A stretch of 64,000 nucleotides of DNA, taken from the NCBI GenBank assembly GCA_008632985.1, contig QPGO01000002.1:806001-870000 (forward strand), read 5' to 3'. The translations under genes were made by a program, and so were the position numbers. A model generated the notes under the pieces. It was not told where the DNA came from and did not search any database. It saw only the letters and a list, made by a program, of their open reading frames with translations. Below, in pieces: positions 1-11,280 of the stretch. Positions within the stretch are counted from its first letter, which is position 1. Each line of letters starts with the position of its first letter. This DNA is from Psammoneis japonica (taxonomy: Eukaryota).

Positions 1-526
1 CAACCCATTTTCCTAAGGCAGTACCGTTCACAGGAACCTTCACATGGCCGTGCTGTGCATGGAACGCTTTTAGCGCCTTCATACGGTCTTCCCAAGGGGT
101 GAATCCCCCGTTTGCTTTAAACACGAATTCAGCTTCGGTAAGCTTCACGAGCCTATGCGCATCGAGTGTCGACTCTTCTCCGTTTTTCAACTTCCTGTAT
201 TCCTGTCGAATATTCTGAACCCAGTAACTCAGTTTCGTTTTTTGGTCACACGGGACTCTGGTGTGTCCGTGGACCCTCTTAAATTCAGCCAACTCCTCAA
301 GGCGCTTATCGAACCTCTCCTCGTGTTTGCTCTTCTTTTTCGGTTTTTCTTGTTTCTTCTTGTTTGGTTTTTCTCGTTTCTTCTTGTTTGGTCCTCTCCG
401 ATCTCTGTCAATTTTGGGATCGTAGTCCCTGTCGTCCGGATCATCCGCTGTGCTACCCATCTTCCTCTTCTTACCATTACCCGACTTACGGCGTGAACAC
501 TCCCTCGTCTTTTTCGCTGCTTCCAT
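1..526 (-). CDS. Helicase-associated (HA) domain repeat protein, 3' end runs off the window
   Basis: Manual minus-strand translation (not in the ORF track) gives two HA-like repeats, FDKRLEELAEFKRVHGHTRVP...LSYWVQNIRQEY and WEDRMKALKAFHAQHGHVKVP...LGKWV. The frame is open from 619 with ATGs at 526 and 460. Confidence 0.8.
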   Translation of the reverse strand, partial: MEAAKKTRECSRRKSGNGKKRKMGSTADDPDDRDYDPKIDRDRRGPNKKKREKPNKKKQEKPKKKSKHEERFDKRLEELAEFKRVHGHTRVPCDQKTKLSYWVQNIRQEYRKLKNGEESTLDAHRLVKLTEAEFVFKANGGFTPWEDRMKALKAFHAQHGHVKVPVNGTALGKWV

Positions 527-1364
527 TGTCACTCTTCTTGTTATTGCGTTTGGAATGATCCCTCTACAGATATGCGAGTCGACGCTCGGTGCCTCACCGT
601 CAAAGTCAAGCAGCGATGCTCATTGTGGTGATGTTCAGTTGTGCATCGCTGAGGTTGCTGGCATTCCCGAGCCTCTGCACATATAAATTTATTAATTTAT
701 ATATAAATATATATATAGAATGGAAAGATGGGGAGTGTATGTACGTACCCAAGACCCTGCGGGGGAAGGACAGACATCAGCTAGCAAAACTCATGCATGC
801 GCGCGCGGCACGTACGCTTTACGTAAGGTATCGTACTCCGCACTCTAGCTAACTACATAGTATCTAACTCTACTTTCCATCTTGGATCTACTCTACCTAC
901 TCTAGAGAGAGAGAGAGAGAGAGAGCTAGCTCTAGCTGTTAAGGCCCCAAATTTCTTGGGTTATTGTACAGTACTTCCTCTGGAAATGGCGGAAATAACC
1001 AGGGGTAATCTGATACAGAACGCTAGGGTGGACGCTTGTGTTTCTTGAGCTTGCTTTTTAGAGAACTGTCTCCCTAACTTTTCGGAGAGTTTTTACCACT
1101 GCTTCTTTCCATGCATGGCTCGCGAAAGAGACAGGTTGAGTTGGACTGCAGACTAAAGAAAGCATACCCAAGTTACTTTTATTTTCGCGACTTTGCTACA
1201 GCACAAATCTGCCTAGCAAGAACATGGCAGAAGGCCAAACGCGTTCCCAATGAATCACCGACGGACGCTCCCAGGAATTGCGTCCGTCCACAGCTTTGAG
1301 CCATCCCAAATGCAAACCCATGATCAGATTAAAAATACCTTACAAGGCTAGAGACAAAGCCATT

Positions 1365-2444
1365 CTAGTCCTCTTTCTGTTGCTCCGAAAACAGCAACTC
1401 GTACACCATTTGAGCCACGACACAATCCTGCACGGCGACTCCCGAAGAATCAAAAATTGAGAAATTATGTTGCTCTTCCTGCCGACCACCCTGGTTCGAG
1501 ATGTAGTCTCCCAATTCTACAACGCCATCTAGAGAAATGAGTCCTTGTTTCAGCGCTATTTGGAATTCACCGCGTTCTTGAGTTTGAAGCTTGGAATCCG
1601 CAACGAGCAAATCCGACTGGGTTACAAGTTCCGGGTCCAACTCATGCTTACCCGGAGCATCCGCGCCAATGCAAGTAATATGCTGTGGGCGCAATCTATT
1701 AACCGTGTCCAACTTGACGCCCAGCACAGATTCACGAGCACTTGTGGTGGTGACGACAACGTGGCACTGTTTCAGCAACTCGTTTGGCTCCTTTGCAACC
1801 TTGACATCCCATCCCTCACTCTCCATATCCTTACAGAAGCTATCTAGGTTCTCTTGAGTTCTTCCATAAACTAGAACTGAGCGACACAAACAAACGTGCT
1901 CTAGCATTCGCAACTGGTACCTGGCCTGAACGCCCGTGCCCAAAACACCAATGCAATCCACCATGGACGTTGGAAAGGAGGATAGCAAACACGCCTCCAG
2001 AGCAACTGCACCCGCCGCAGCTGTACGGAGCTCTGTAAGCACTCCTTCATCCAAAAGCAGTGCCTCTAGTTTCCCCGTTTGTTGAGAATACAGTTGCAGC
2101 AAGCCAGAATTCTGAAAAGGGTAGCCACCCGAAGCAACCTTGATGACGTGATATTTAGCACCCGTCAAATATCCCGACTTGACGCATACTTGTGCCGCAT
2201 ATCTGGAAGGATCGTCGGACGACGAGCTTGTCGTCGCAAAGGGTGCCATTGGTGGAGCTCCCATGGTTTGAATAGGACACGCATTGAAGTTGCCCTTGGA
2301 ATAGTCCTGAAATCCAAGTTTAATCGCTTGAATCAAGTCTTTATGAAAGGATGAGGAGGAGGATATGGCTTCCTCGATTTGATTCAACGTGTAAATCTTT
2401 GGTAGTTGCTGCGTCTGCGGAGCTTGTTCTGCGGGCGACGCCAT
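1365..2444 (-). CDS. Ornithine cyclodeaminase / mu-crystallin family protein
   Basis: 359-aa ORF with LTELRTAAAGAVA, Rossmann GVLGTGVQA, VVTTT, CIGADAPGKHELD and FDSSGVAVQD motifs. Confidence 0.9.
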   Translation of the reverse strand: MASPAEQAPQTQQLPKIYTLNQIEEAISSSSSFHKDLIQAIKLGFQDYSKGNFNACPIQTMGAPPMAPFATTSSSSDDPSRYAAQVCVKSGYLTGAKYHVIKVASGGYPFQNSGLLQLYSQQTGKLEALLLDEGVLTELRTAAAGAVALEACLLSSFPTSMVDCIGVLGTGVQARYQLRMLEHVCLCRSVLVYGRTQENLDSFCKDMESEGWDVKVAKEPNELLKQCHVVVTTTSARESVLGVKLDTVNRLRPQHITCIGADAPGKHELDPELVTQSDLLVADSKLQTQERGEFQIALKQGLISLDGVVELGDYISNQGGRQEEQHNFSIFDSSGVAVQDCVVAQMVYELLFSEQQKED

Positions 2445-3139
2445 GGTGCTTGTTGATTTTGAAGTGATTTTTTATTTTTTTTGGTTTGTCGTTTCTATTG
2501 TCGGCGTTTCCGCCGCGGCTCCAAAAGATACTGGAACGCGAGCTCGAACCACGCGAACACTCGGTAGACTGACTCCTCATCTCATTTTGCATCATCTTTG
2601 CTCCCTCTCTACTCTCTACTAGCTACTATGCTCTAGCTCTAGTAGTACCGGTAGAGAGCATGGAGTAGCTTGAGCTCTAGTAGAGAGAGCGCTACTACCG
2701 TAGCTGTGGTAGAGTCGATTCTAGCTACCGGTACAAATGCATCGTAATTTCTTCTCTCAGTTCAGTCGTCGTTCAAACGTCTCATTGCCACGTCGTCTGA
2801 GCTCTCCCACCCCCAAGCTAGAGTCTAGATGATTAAAAACGGCGTGGTTTGGAAAGAGGTAATAGTTCTCGGTCTGACCCACTAGGATTACAAGACCGGA
2901 AAGAGTGTTGGAAACTTGCGAGTGCCACTGCTAGCTACTCTCTACTAGAGTAGAGGTTCTCTCTCTACAGAGAAGTAGGGATGAACACATTGTCTCGCTA
3001 CAATAGAAAGCGGTGGAGAAAGCACGGTGCTCTTGACGAGTGACTACTTCATTGAAAATAGGAGTCAGTTCGAGCTATGGATAAAACAACTTAAAATTAA
3101 AATATACAATCTCCCCATGACACAATGCAGATGCAATTC

Positions 3140-6115
3140 TTAACTAATACTCTGCTCACTCTCGAGAAGCCCTTGATTCTCTTCGTCTGGAGAGAAATCC
3201 ACATCCGTGGCTGCATCTCGATAAAAAATGTCTTGACAATTCTCCGGAACTTCGTCCGTGGCCTGAAGCGACGGCTGCATGTACTTGTTCTTGGCAAAAC
3301 TGTAATCCAGAGGCATGTTCTTGTAATCGGTTTCGACACACTCGGACGTGGGTAAATTATCTGCCACCCTAAAGTGCTGCTGGTTGATGTAGTAATTAAA
3401 GATCAGCGTCACCACGATGAGAGGCGCCATCAGCGCTGCACTAACCGGAGCCTTTTTAATACCAAACCAACCCAACAGTACAAACTGTGCAATGATCATG
3501 CACGTAATATTCACGCCCAGGAACCCCGTGAGTAGCTTGCCGCCAGAGTCCTTCAACGGTGGATAAATGTAGATCAACTGATGACGCCATCCAATGTTGA
3601 GGAGGACAAAGCAAGCCGCCATGAAGTAATTCACAATGGGTGTCATGGCCGAATACACAAAAGTGACCATGTAGTACAAGACGCCCTTTCCCATAATGAA
3701 CGAGTACATGATTGGCCACGGTTCTGTCAAACAAATCAATCCCATCCAAGGCGTGTTGCGTTCCTTCTCCGTCAAAGTGGGTCCGAGACAATTACGAATC
3801 ATGGCAACAGCCGTACGGGGAATATTCAAGAGTTCCACCGTTTGTCCCAACGAGGTGGCAACCAGCAAGATCTGTGTAAAGTAAATCGCTTGCTGTGGGA
3901 GAGCACTGGCAATGACATCCACTGCTTTCCACGGATCATTGATAAAACTATTCACGGCTTGCAGTAAAGAACCAGAAATGGCACTCACAAAAAAAGTCTA
4001 TGGTAGGGAGAAAGAGGAAAGGGTATGCGAGGCGCCCGTGAGTAAATCTGGTGCCAGACGAGTAACTCTAAGAGACTTCGCGCACTCTGTTACAACATAC
4101 CTGAATAACCATGAAAATCGACAGCTTGACCATGGTTGACGCTTCCGCAATAGATGCCGAAATTGGCAGTTCCAGATGGCTAATAGCCAAAAGAATATAT
4201 GGCAAAATGGCGTTAAGTCCAACAATCATGAGCGGCGCAATCTGTTTCAAAACCTGTTCCATCCAGGGAAAGTCGTTAAGCATGTCATCAATAAACTTGA
4301 CATCTTCACGGAGCGATTCGACTTCAGTCAAGGAAGAAAGGAATGCCACCGGAATGGTCCAAAAGAGACAGAGTGCAACCGTGGCGCAAAAGGCAATCAA
4401 CTGTCCAGATTTGATTTGCTCGTGTTTCTTTCCCACCATCATCCAATTGATATCGTGTGGCATGGGTGCTTCGCTCGCTTTCAAGACAAAGGGTTTCTGG
4501 TGATGCACCATTTGCATGGCCGCGTGCGTCGTGGTGAGCTTCTTGAACGTGACAAAGCCCGACTCGCGGGTTGCGCCGTCCTCTTCCGTGGTAACCAAAG
4601 ACACTGCAGCGTCCGTCATGGATTTGAGTCCAGAAGCGCCCATGTTGGCCGCTCCTGACACTTTAGTGGACAAATGAGCGAACCCACTCTTTTTGGATGA
4701 TCCGCTTTTGGGCTTATCGACACTGATCGAGTCGTCCCCACTTTCTACATCTTGCGCTTCCGGTTGATCTTGTGGCACAGGTTGATCTTGAGGAATCGGC
4801 TTTTCTTGTTCATCGCCATCGACAAACATGACACTCTTCTTCTGCTCGGATTGAAACTTTCCATAGGCACTCTCGTCGGCAATGCTTGAAACCATACTCT
4901 GTCCCATTTGACTCTCGCCCATGTTACTCTCGGCTTCCGACACGCGGCTCACACCCGTAACCGACATTCCCGTAACATCACTATCCATACCACCACTCGC
5001 CATGAGACGCTTTGCTTCTTCTTGTTTACGAAGCACTTCGGGATCCTGCTTGGCCTTAATCTTGACAATGCAATCCGTAATCTCTTGATTCAATTCACGC
5101 AACTCTTCTGTATAAGCCTCGATAGACTTGACCTTGACTCCATCAACCTTGTGCATGGGTTCCATTCTCTTGTATTTCTTGACATTGACCGCATGCTCAA
5201 GCCTGGCCACGACACCCGTCCGTTGCGCCACAAGCTTGTCCAGATTGGGAATATCCAAGGCAACATGAGCTTCCAGAACAGAATCCTTTCCAAAGCAATC
5301 TTGAAAATAATTCAAAAGCGCCGCGCTCGTCCGGAGTTCGTAGGGAATGTGTGCAATATACACGGTATAATTACGGGGCGTTGTCTTTTCGAGATGCAAA
5401 TGCCGTTTGCGAGTAAACCATTCCAATTCGGCTAAAATGAGTTTCATCGTGACGATGCAAACAATCCACACGGCAACGGCAGTGGCAATCAAGCGTCCGT
5501 TCGAGGGTGGGACACTGGTGGCCGACAATTTCGACAAGCCATCGTACGTCACGTCACTGTCGGGATCGTCGGGTGCCGTGGCGTAAATGGGAAAGAGCCA
5601 AATCGAATTCACCACGCCCACCAACGCCACCTTGCAACCGTAATTCAAGACCCGCAAAAAGCACAATCCGTCCATACCGCAGGCTTCCAACAAGTCGTCT
5701 TCGTTGATAATGGCAAGTTGATACATCCAACTGATTTAAAAGAAAAAAAGCGTAGTGTAAGTAACTCATGTACTTCTAGAAACAACCATCCGAGTCCCAA
5801 CCACAGCATACAGAGCCAACTTATACAATATGCCAATACCACATACCTGATCCAACCGTACTGTTCCTTGGCAAGCGCACACTTGTACTTTGGATTGACA
5901 TCACGAACTTGATAAACCTTTGGGTAATGACGACGGAGTGTACAAAAAAAGACCAGCGCAATCACATAGATTCCCCCATAAATGGCAAGAGTCAAGGCAA
6001 GTGTCGAGCCATTTTGCACGTCCTCTTCTTCTTTTTCGTCTTCTTGCAACCAGCGCGACAAGAACAATTGTTCATCCTGCTCCTCCTCGTAAAGATGATG
6101 AGTAATTGACGACAT
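3140..6115 (-). CDS. OSCA/TMEM63 (CSC1-like) mechanosensitive channel, paralogue 1, 3 exons
   Basis: Motifs CGMDGLCFLRVL, RNYTVYIAHIP, GFVTF, APMPHDINW, FWTIPVAF and DSGG. GT-AG introns at about 5731-5845 and 3998-4100. The start codon is uncertain. Confidence 0.9.
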
Positions 6116-6721
6116 GTTTCTAGGACCTGCTGAACTGTTGTTATTTTTGTGAGACGTCCGCCACTCTCGACAACAACAACAAGTTACGCCAGTACCGATT
6201 CCGACAACTACCACAATGATGAGAATTGACACTCTCACTCTTTCTCGTTGAAGTATCGCTCATTCGTCACACACACACAAACATACCGGCGAGTGTCCTG
6301 CTGTTTTTCCACCATAAATTGACAAAATCCGATTGACTTTTTTCACGACCAGAAACGACATGGAACAACAGACGTTCTCCTAAGTATCTTTGTCCGTTGA
6401 GACTTAACTCATTCACAATCCGTCATACTAACTTTTATACTATAAAAGTATCCATATGTTGTATATTTCATTACACAGAAAATAAGGATTTGCCAAAATT
6501 GATGAAATTATCATCAAAATCGACCAAAAGATCGTGACATCATGTTGACATCAGCAAAGAATGGCGAAGATACCGGTGGCTGGCTCATTCGTAGATTTCG
6601 TACCAATCTCTACATACAGATATTTGGTACGGCATCCTCACGTAGGAACGAACCTCCGCCAACGAACGACGACGCACGACGCATCATCTCGTACAAACTG
6701 CACGTACAAAAGTCTTTCACC

Positions 6722-7542
6722 ATGGCGGCGAGGCTCCGTACCGTTGTTTCTTCCAAGGGCACTGCCGCTGCGGCAGTAGCCACAGCGGCTCTGGGTACTA
6801 CAGTCTCGGTAACACTCTTATCAGACGATGTCGTTCATCCCTTGGAATTGCCGTGGCAGCACTTGGGTCTGTTTGCGTCGTACGATCACGCGGCCCTCCG
6901 CCGAGGCTTTCAAGTCTATCGTCAGGTCTGTGCCACTTGTCATTCTCTCGAGGGCATTCATTGGCGTGAATTGGTGGGTGTCACGCACACCACCAAGGAG
7001 TTGGTGTCCATGGCATCCGAAGTCGATTACGTCGATGGACCGAACGATGAGGGTGAAATGTTTGAACGTCCCGGCAAACTCAGCGATGCGCTCCCCAAGC
7101 CCTATGAGAATGATGAACAGGGCCGCAACGCCAATGGCGGAGCACTCCCACCCGATTTGACGCTCATGGTCAAGGCCCGTCATGCCGGACAGGATTACTT
7201 GTTTTCGTTGTTGACAGGCTATTGCGACGCCCCCGCCGGAAGCCCATGTTACCCGGATTGTATTACAATCCCTACTTTCCCGGTGGAGCGATTTCCATGC
7301 CTCCTCCGCTCAATGACGACGGTGTCGAATACGACGATGGAACACCCGCCACCATTTCGCAACAGGCACGGGATATCGTGGAATTTCTCAATTGGGCCGC
7401 CGAACCCGAAGCCAATGAACGAAAGAAGAACGCCATGATTTACATGGCCGTCTTGGGATTTACCGCGCTTTCGACGGGATATTACAAGCGTTTCAAGTGG
7501 AGTCCCTACAAGACGAGGGCTATTTCGTATTTGAAAAAGTAA
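6722..7542 (+). CDS. CYC1: Mitochondrial cytochrome c1
   Basis: RRGFQVYRQVCATCH haem motif, NGGALPPDL, YYNPYFPGGAISM and a C-terminal TM anchor. There is one frameshift near 7235-7245, probably a sequence error. Confidence 0.93.
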
Positions 7543-7567
7543 AGAGCGAAAATAGTTTTTTGGTTAG

Positions 7568-8436
7568 TTAGTTTGTTTCTTTTATCTTGTGCTTGGCGTA
7601 TTGAACCAGTCGTTGTAGTTTGATGATATCGGGACAGTACTTTAGCAATTCCAAATAATTACCGTGCGTGTACATCCAAGGTTTATGGACACCCCATGGA
7701 CAGGTTCGATTGCCCATGTCGTCATTTATACACTTTGTGTAACCAAAGTCCGATGCAAACGTCATGGCGTCCAGCACTGAAATAACTGGTTGTTGTTGAG
7801 AGCAATTGTTGAATACCGCATCCTCGACAATGTTGATTTGGTCTTTTAGAGGCGTTTCTTGTAGACAGCGAATGACCCAATCCAAGTTGCGTATCGAAAG
7901 TCCACCATTTAAATGGTAGGTATTACGCTGTTGTTTCCATTCTTTTTTGCGTAATACAGAGATGGGACTCGAAATACCACCCAAATAATTGGCATTCCAA
8001 TTGGGAATGTCTTGATTGGACGAACAAATCAATGTATCGGTTTGAATTGTGAGTGCCGTGTCCCCGTATTTTGTTGAAGAGAGGACCAAAAGGAAATGTT
8101 ACGAAAGAGCACATTGTTCCAATTGTGCGGCGAATACACATCCTTGGCAAACGGATCCATGAGGTCATCATATTCGAGCGACCATTTTAATCTACCCGAT
8201 TGTGTAGCGTTGGCTAGAGTTGGACTATTCACAATCCACTCGTCCATACAGGGGGCATTGTGATGAGAATAAAACATAATCACATTGAATGTTGTTTTGT
8301 TTAATGCATTCTCGAGGACAAAGGGAACAGCCGGAACACATCGTGGCTCCACCATGACGACAAATACTTGACGTTGTTGTTCTTGTTGCTTGGGCAACTG
8401 CACCAAGTCAACAAGACCTTCTGAAGTAACTGTCAT
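7568..8436 (-). CDS. DUF5672-like putative glycosyltransferase-related protein
   Basis: Two ORFs joined by a frameshift near 8085 give VMVEPR...LENAL, LTIQTDTLIC, YLGG and NGGLSIRN, which resemble the DUF5672 pattern. The true start may lie further upstream. Confidence 0.55.
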
Positions 8437-8879
8437 GTTTAGGGTTGTTAGAGGGAAATAACCAACAAGGTTGTAATGGGAATCAACAATAATAATAGCA
8501 ATGCAAGCGCATGATTAGGAACTTGTTTCTTCATCAAAAATTATAATTCTCAGAGAGAGCGTCTGTTGAGCGCATGGCTAACGGAAACGAATGATTCCTC
8601 TTGAAAGCCCTCTACAGTATGCTTAGATTCATTGGCCATGTGGATACAGCGGTCAGCGGAGTTTGCAATAAAGAGCGGATGCCATGGTTCAGCAGAATTT
8701 TGTTGTGCTTCATGCATCATCTTTCCCGCGCAAAATTCGCAGACGCACGGACATCGTATCGTTAGTCGCGTTGGGGGTGCTGGTACAACGATGTGTGTGG
8801 CGTGATGACAATGATGCATTGAACTGCGCTAGAAGCAGAAACAACAAGAACCAAACGATGCTCCAAAGAGAGAAACTGT

Positions 8880-10202
8880 CCTGACCTCATGCATGTGGGT
8901 TCCATCTTGGGTCAAACGAAAAACCGGCTCAACAAGACTGTTGTTTCATGGTGGCAGCCACCTCAAGCGGAAGAGTGCAAAAGGTGGCGACAGGCATCGC
9001 CATCAATGCTGGTCAGCTGAATCAGCCCAGTGCTGCAGGCAATGCTCAAGATGAGAATGAATCAATGCCAGCATGGTCAGAAACATGCAGCAAACACTGA
9101 TGCACCTCGCAAGAAGGAGCAACACTGCCGCACATTGAATGAGCTCTGGACCCAAGTGCAACCTGCACTCTGATTGTTCAATCAAAACACCACTTGCAAG
9201 CCTTCATTTGATCCTAGATTCCCTTCCTTGACTCTTGGACCCACTCTTGCACATTGAAGCTTGCCAAAAATTGCGTGCCAACTGCATCACACAGGGCTCC
9301 TTGATTAAAAAAAAAAAAACCGTGGTCAGCAAAGGGCGAGTCTTCAAACAGCTCGGCTTGCTCTTTTGCAGAACAAAGTCCAAAAGCAACAGTGAATGCA
9401 CATCAGTTGCAGGGTTCACCATCACTGTCTGCAAGAGATGCCATGTGTGTCTGCTCTGCTTGCTCTTGGACATTGTGCGCACCACCGGGTCGAGTTGCTG
9501 GGTCTTGCACTCGACGCTGTCTTTGGCTCTCCATGAATCAAAGACGCCAATCCAGAGGCAAGGATGGTGAGGGTGGCAAGAGCAATTGGAGTGACATGAG
9601 ACATGATTGCAATTTGGTGTGTGAGCATGGCGAGTGAGCAAAAAATGATGCAGTGCAAAAAGTGACAAGAGACAACTGCAAATTGTGAGCGTGCGCATGA
9701 CAAACCCCTCTGGCCAACCCTGGCTGGCTGCACCCCAGAAAGGCCAAACCAAGCCAACGCCCCCTCAGGTTACACTGGAAACCTCAACAAGTTGAAAGAT
9801 GGAGACCGCAGAGATGTCCTTGCTTGCAAATTGTGGGGCAAGGCAGCAGCCAGACAGACACAGAGAGCTCGTGGCAGTCCCTGACACTGACGTGCAAAGT
9901 CTTGCCAATCTAAGATGCTGGAACAATTTTTGGCAGATCATGAACAAGAGAAAAAGTGCAAGTGTCTCAAGCCTTGCCTTGAGCAGCATCGCCATTTCGC
10001 TCCATTCGTGATGTCATGCGATTGGCTGCTTTGCAAGAAAGCCGAAGCATTGCTCCATCTGACAGAGGCCGGCTCGACCAGCAGCCAAATGGCAGAAGAC
10101 ATGTTCAGAAGACAGCAGCTGCATCAATGCTGGAATGAGCAGAAGCAATGTGAGGGCAACCCACCGTTGCCTTCGAGGGTCTCGCGTTCCCTCATCCCAG
10201 AT
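8880..10202 (+). mobile_element. Degenerate 3' part of an RLE-type (CRE/R2-like) non-LTR retrotransposon
   Basis: Broken frames read SA-RDAMC, DTD..KS, HEQEKKCKCLKPCLEQHRHFAPFVMSCD..L.K.AE, KW and VRATHRCLRGSRVP. This matches the restriction-like endonuclease C-terminus (EKKRKY..CLEQRRHF.PFV.S.DG, VRATH.CLRGSR) with Tyr>Cys changes. The tract is strongly TpA-depleted. Confidence 0.75.
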
Positions 10203-10645
10203 CGTTTGTGCAATGTGCAGCTGCCAACAAGAGTTGGTGTGTCACGGCGACGTGTTACAGCCTTTAAATGTCACAAAGGGCGTGACAAAAACAACCTTTT
10301 GTCTGCATGCATGCTGCATTATCCTTGTGTCCAGCTTTGGCCAAAGTTGGCCACATATCCGGGTTTTCCTTGGTACATATTCAGCGTACATTCTACGCAG
10401 TTGGCCAACATCGACTCGAGCTCCGATGACTGGTTTCAGATTTTGCGGCCGGCTCGCGCGAATTTTTCGTTTTTCGACGTTTATTATGCAGCATTTCTGT
10501 TTGAAAATGTCCACAATTATGTTGTATTTTATTCATTATATATATGTTAGCACTCGCCACTACACGTTTGTACCAAAGCACACGTAGGGCAGATCGCTTC
10601 ACCGAGCTCGATTCGAACGAAATCCCGTTTAACTGGACTCAAGGN

Positions 10646-10850
10646 CTCCATTCATGATTTCATGCGAAGGGCTTGGCAAGGAGCTGATGCATTGCCCTGT
10701 CATCTTGCAGCGGCTGGCACGACGAACAACAGCCAAATGTCAGAAGCCATGCTTGGAAGTTAGCAGCTGCTTCAATGTTGGAATAAGCACAGCCACAGTG
10801 AGGGTGACCCACCGTTGCCTTCGAGGGTCTCGCATTCCCTCGATCCCAGA
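10646..10850 (+). mobile_element. Second, 5'-truncated copy of the same non-LTR element 3' end
   Basis: Diverged direct repeat of about 10000-10202. Both share acccaccgttgccttcgagggtctcgc.ttccctc..atcccagat, and this copy encodes VRVTHRCLRGSRIP. Confidence 0.7.
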
Positions 10851-11280
10851 TAAGCTCAAGTGCCCCATGTGTTTGATTTGCATTTGGTCAATCGGACACA
10901 CGTCCTTCCGTCGCGCGCAACCAGTCATCCATTGTCAGTCATCAGTCATTATCAATCATTGTAGAGACATTTGAAAGAATGTCATACGAGATCAACTTTT
11001 TTTTTCGAAAAAAGGAGCAAGGGTAAAAAACAACGAACAATCAAACACTGCAACAACGACGTAAGACAAGAAGCGACTGACTCGCCGCCTTTTCAGTGAA
11101 AGGAACTCGCTCATGAGTAACAATCTCGACGGTCGAGGCAGGTGACTTCCAATTTCAAACGCCCGAGATACCGCAACCGCAAGCTACGACATCGACGGGT
11201 CACTGAACTCAGCGAGAAAAAGTGAGAAAGAGTATTGACACGGGGTATTAGCAAACGCAAAGAGAGAAGAAGTGAGCACC

